Assembly (NCBI GenBank): GCA_034780895.1
Contig: JAUZTB010000071.1
Span: forward strand, 20,139,597 to 20,203,596
Origin: Rhynchobatus australiae
Lineage: Eukaryota
Length of the DNA: 64,000 nucleotides
Direction of reading: 5' to 3'
Under the pieces are notes generated by a model. The model saw nothing but the letters and a program-made list of their open reading frames with translations, did no database searches and was not told where the DNA came from. The position numbers and the translations under genes are program-made. Within the stretch, counting starts at the first letter, position 1. Every line of letters begins with the position of its first letter. Of this stretch, positions 62,181 through 64,000 are shown in pieces.

Positions 62181-64000
62181 AACATATGTTGTTCCCCTAT
62201 TTTCTTATCCTCCTTTTTTCGTGTTCTCCTTTCACTCCCCAACATCCCCATTCACCAGCATGGTTGCTCATCTCTTTCAATTTGCTGAGTGAGATTTTTA
62301 AATGAATATCAGCTAGTACTGCTAATGCCTACATCCACAGGGACTGGAAATAATCAAAGCTTTTAATTTCAATTACTCACTCTCAAATTCATTATTGGCT
62401 TCATAATATTGGAATTCAAGCAACTGGGTAGAGATTGATTTTGCAATTTCATGGAAGGTTGTTTCTCCTTTAAATGTGATTTGTCTCTCTTAAAATCATA
62501 CTCTGAATCTTGCTTTCATTCACCCACTCATCAATTTTCAAAACATTATGAAAATACCAAACAAATCTGAGATCTATTTGCTGTGTTCAATTACTCTGAA
62601 CAGAGGGAAGAAACCAGTCAAATACAACAAGGTAAAGCTATTTGTAACATTACAAGCACATCGTTTGAACTATCTGGATAGAAGTAAGCGCCTAACTGGC
62701 CAGCACAGGAACTGTGCCGGGGCAAATTTAAATAGGACACTGTGCAATATGCTGGCTTTGCAAATGTGGGTGGTTTTCATCAACATTAACATGATTTTTG
62801 CTCATATTCTTGAAGACTGTCATGAGGGGTTGAGTTCATTTTGGTATTTTTCAAGTGTATTTTTTTGTAACTGGGACCCATGAGTTCTGTATCCCACAGT
62901 CCTTCAGGACTGAAGCCTCCAGACCATTCAGTCAGAGCTTATTTCCTCATCTTCCACTTGTCCATCCACACTATGTGCATCAGCCTGTGAGCTTCCCCGT
63001 GAATCAGTTCCTAATGTCTCAGAGGTGCATGTCTCTGGGCTACTGCTTGATGGAGAGGAGAGTAANNNNNNNNNNATGAGAAATGTGCAAAAAGGCCTTC
63101 CACTTCCACATTTAATTTGTGCAATGTCCAGAGGAATAGATTAGAGTGGATTGCTTCAGAACAATGTTCACTTGACTTGCAGTTGTGACATAAGGGTTTC
63201 AACAATGTTTTTTGCTAGCAAGTAATTTGTGTCCAGTAACATTAGAAGATGGCTGACTGCATTCCCAAACCATTGAGGGTTCTGAAGCCAGCTACTGGAT
63301 AACCTCATCTACATTCGGACCAAACTCACTCGCAGAGGTTATGGAACTTACTATCAAAGTATCAGTGGCCAAAAGTTCAGTGTGGTGGCAAAAATACATT
63401 TGAGAATATCCCCCTAACTGGAAAATGTCAACATTTGTTCCTCAGACAGCTGAACACAAACCACTTGTCTGTCAATCTCTGCCCCAGTAATGCATTTCAT
63501 CATTGTTTAATAACTCTACATCAGGAGCAGAAAATGTGATGAATTTACTACTAATGTTTAGTGGCAGTGAGATCCTTGAACTGCTATGCAAGTTATCTTG
63601 GGAAATAGATTACAATGGCAGGATTAAATTTTATGTTGAATTAGATTGGGCTGTTTGACTCCCAACATGATATTAAATTCTCTACACTGCAACTGTGTTT
63701 TATTATTCATATGATCCCATCCTGTGACTTTACACTCATCCAGAACAAAAGCACAAGTCTGAGAAACAATTTGCAGCATTGAGCTCCTTTGATAAATTAG
63801 TTTGTTAAAGATAGATTGTGAGGCATTACTTGCTAATAATGTGCNNNNNNNNNNNNNNNNNNNNNNNNNNNNNNNNNNNNNNNNNNNNNNNNNNNNNNNN
63901 NNNNNNNNNATGTTATAACACCAAATATTGCTGCAGGCATTCAAAATTATTAAAATAAATGTATCGCATGATAAATAATACATTGCATCCTTGGCTTTTT

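Noticed and set aside
1-64000. CRISPR array, operon or prokaryotic defence system
   Set aside because: The sequence is vertebrate repeat-rich DNA, with no regularly spaced identical repeats and no gene-dense coding regions.

Overview
AT-rich, CpG-depleted vertebrate genomic DNA from a gappy draft assembly (dozens of N-runs). The repeat repertoire (HE1-type V-SINEs, SacSINE1-like Deu SINEs, CR1, L2, Rex1/Babar, Penelope-like elements) indicates a cartilaginous fish, probably a ray or guitarfish (inference). I found no recognisable host protein-coding exon, tRNA, rRNA or CRISPR array. The window reads as intronic or intergenic DNA that is largely decayed transposable elements, and every recognisable ORF-track peptide is a TE fragment. 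The most interesting signal is a set of short (about 140-170 bp) Penelope-derived hairpin insertions. Each has a fixed 3' end, an inverted 5' segment, a hammerhead-ribozyme relic and a 15-16 bp target-site duplication, and an internally deleted Penelope-like RT/GIY-YIG relic lies in the same window. Other points: two related Gypsy relics in opposite orientation, two V-SINE families with different LINE-derived tails, several nested insertions, and an unexplained ~420-bp foldback. All family names come from motif recognition by eye, not database searches, and TE boundaries are approximate (about +/-20-50 bp) unless a TSD or TIR fixes them.
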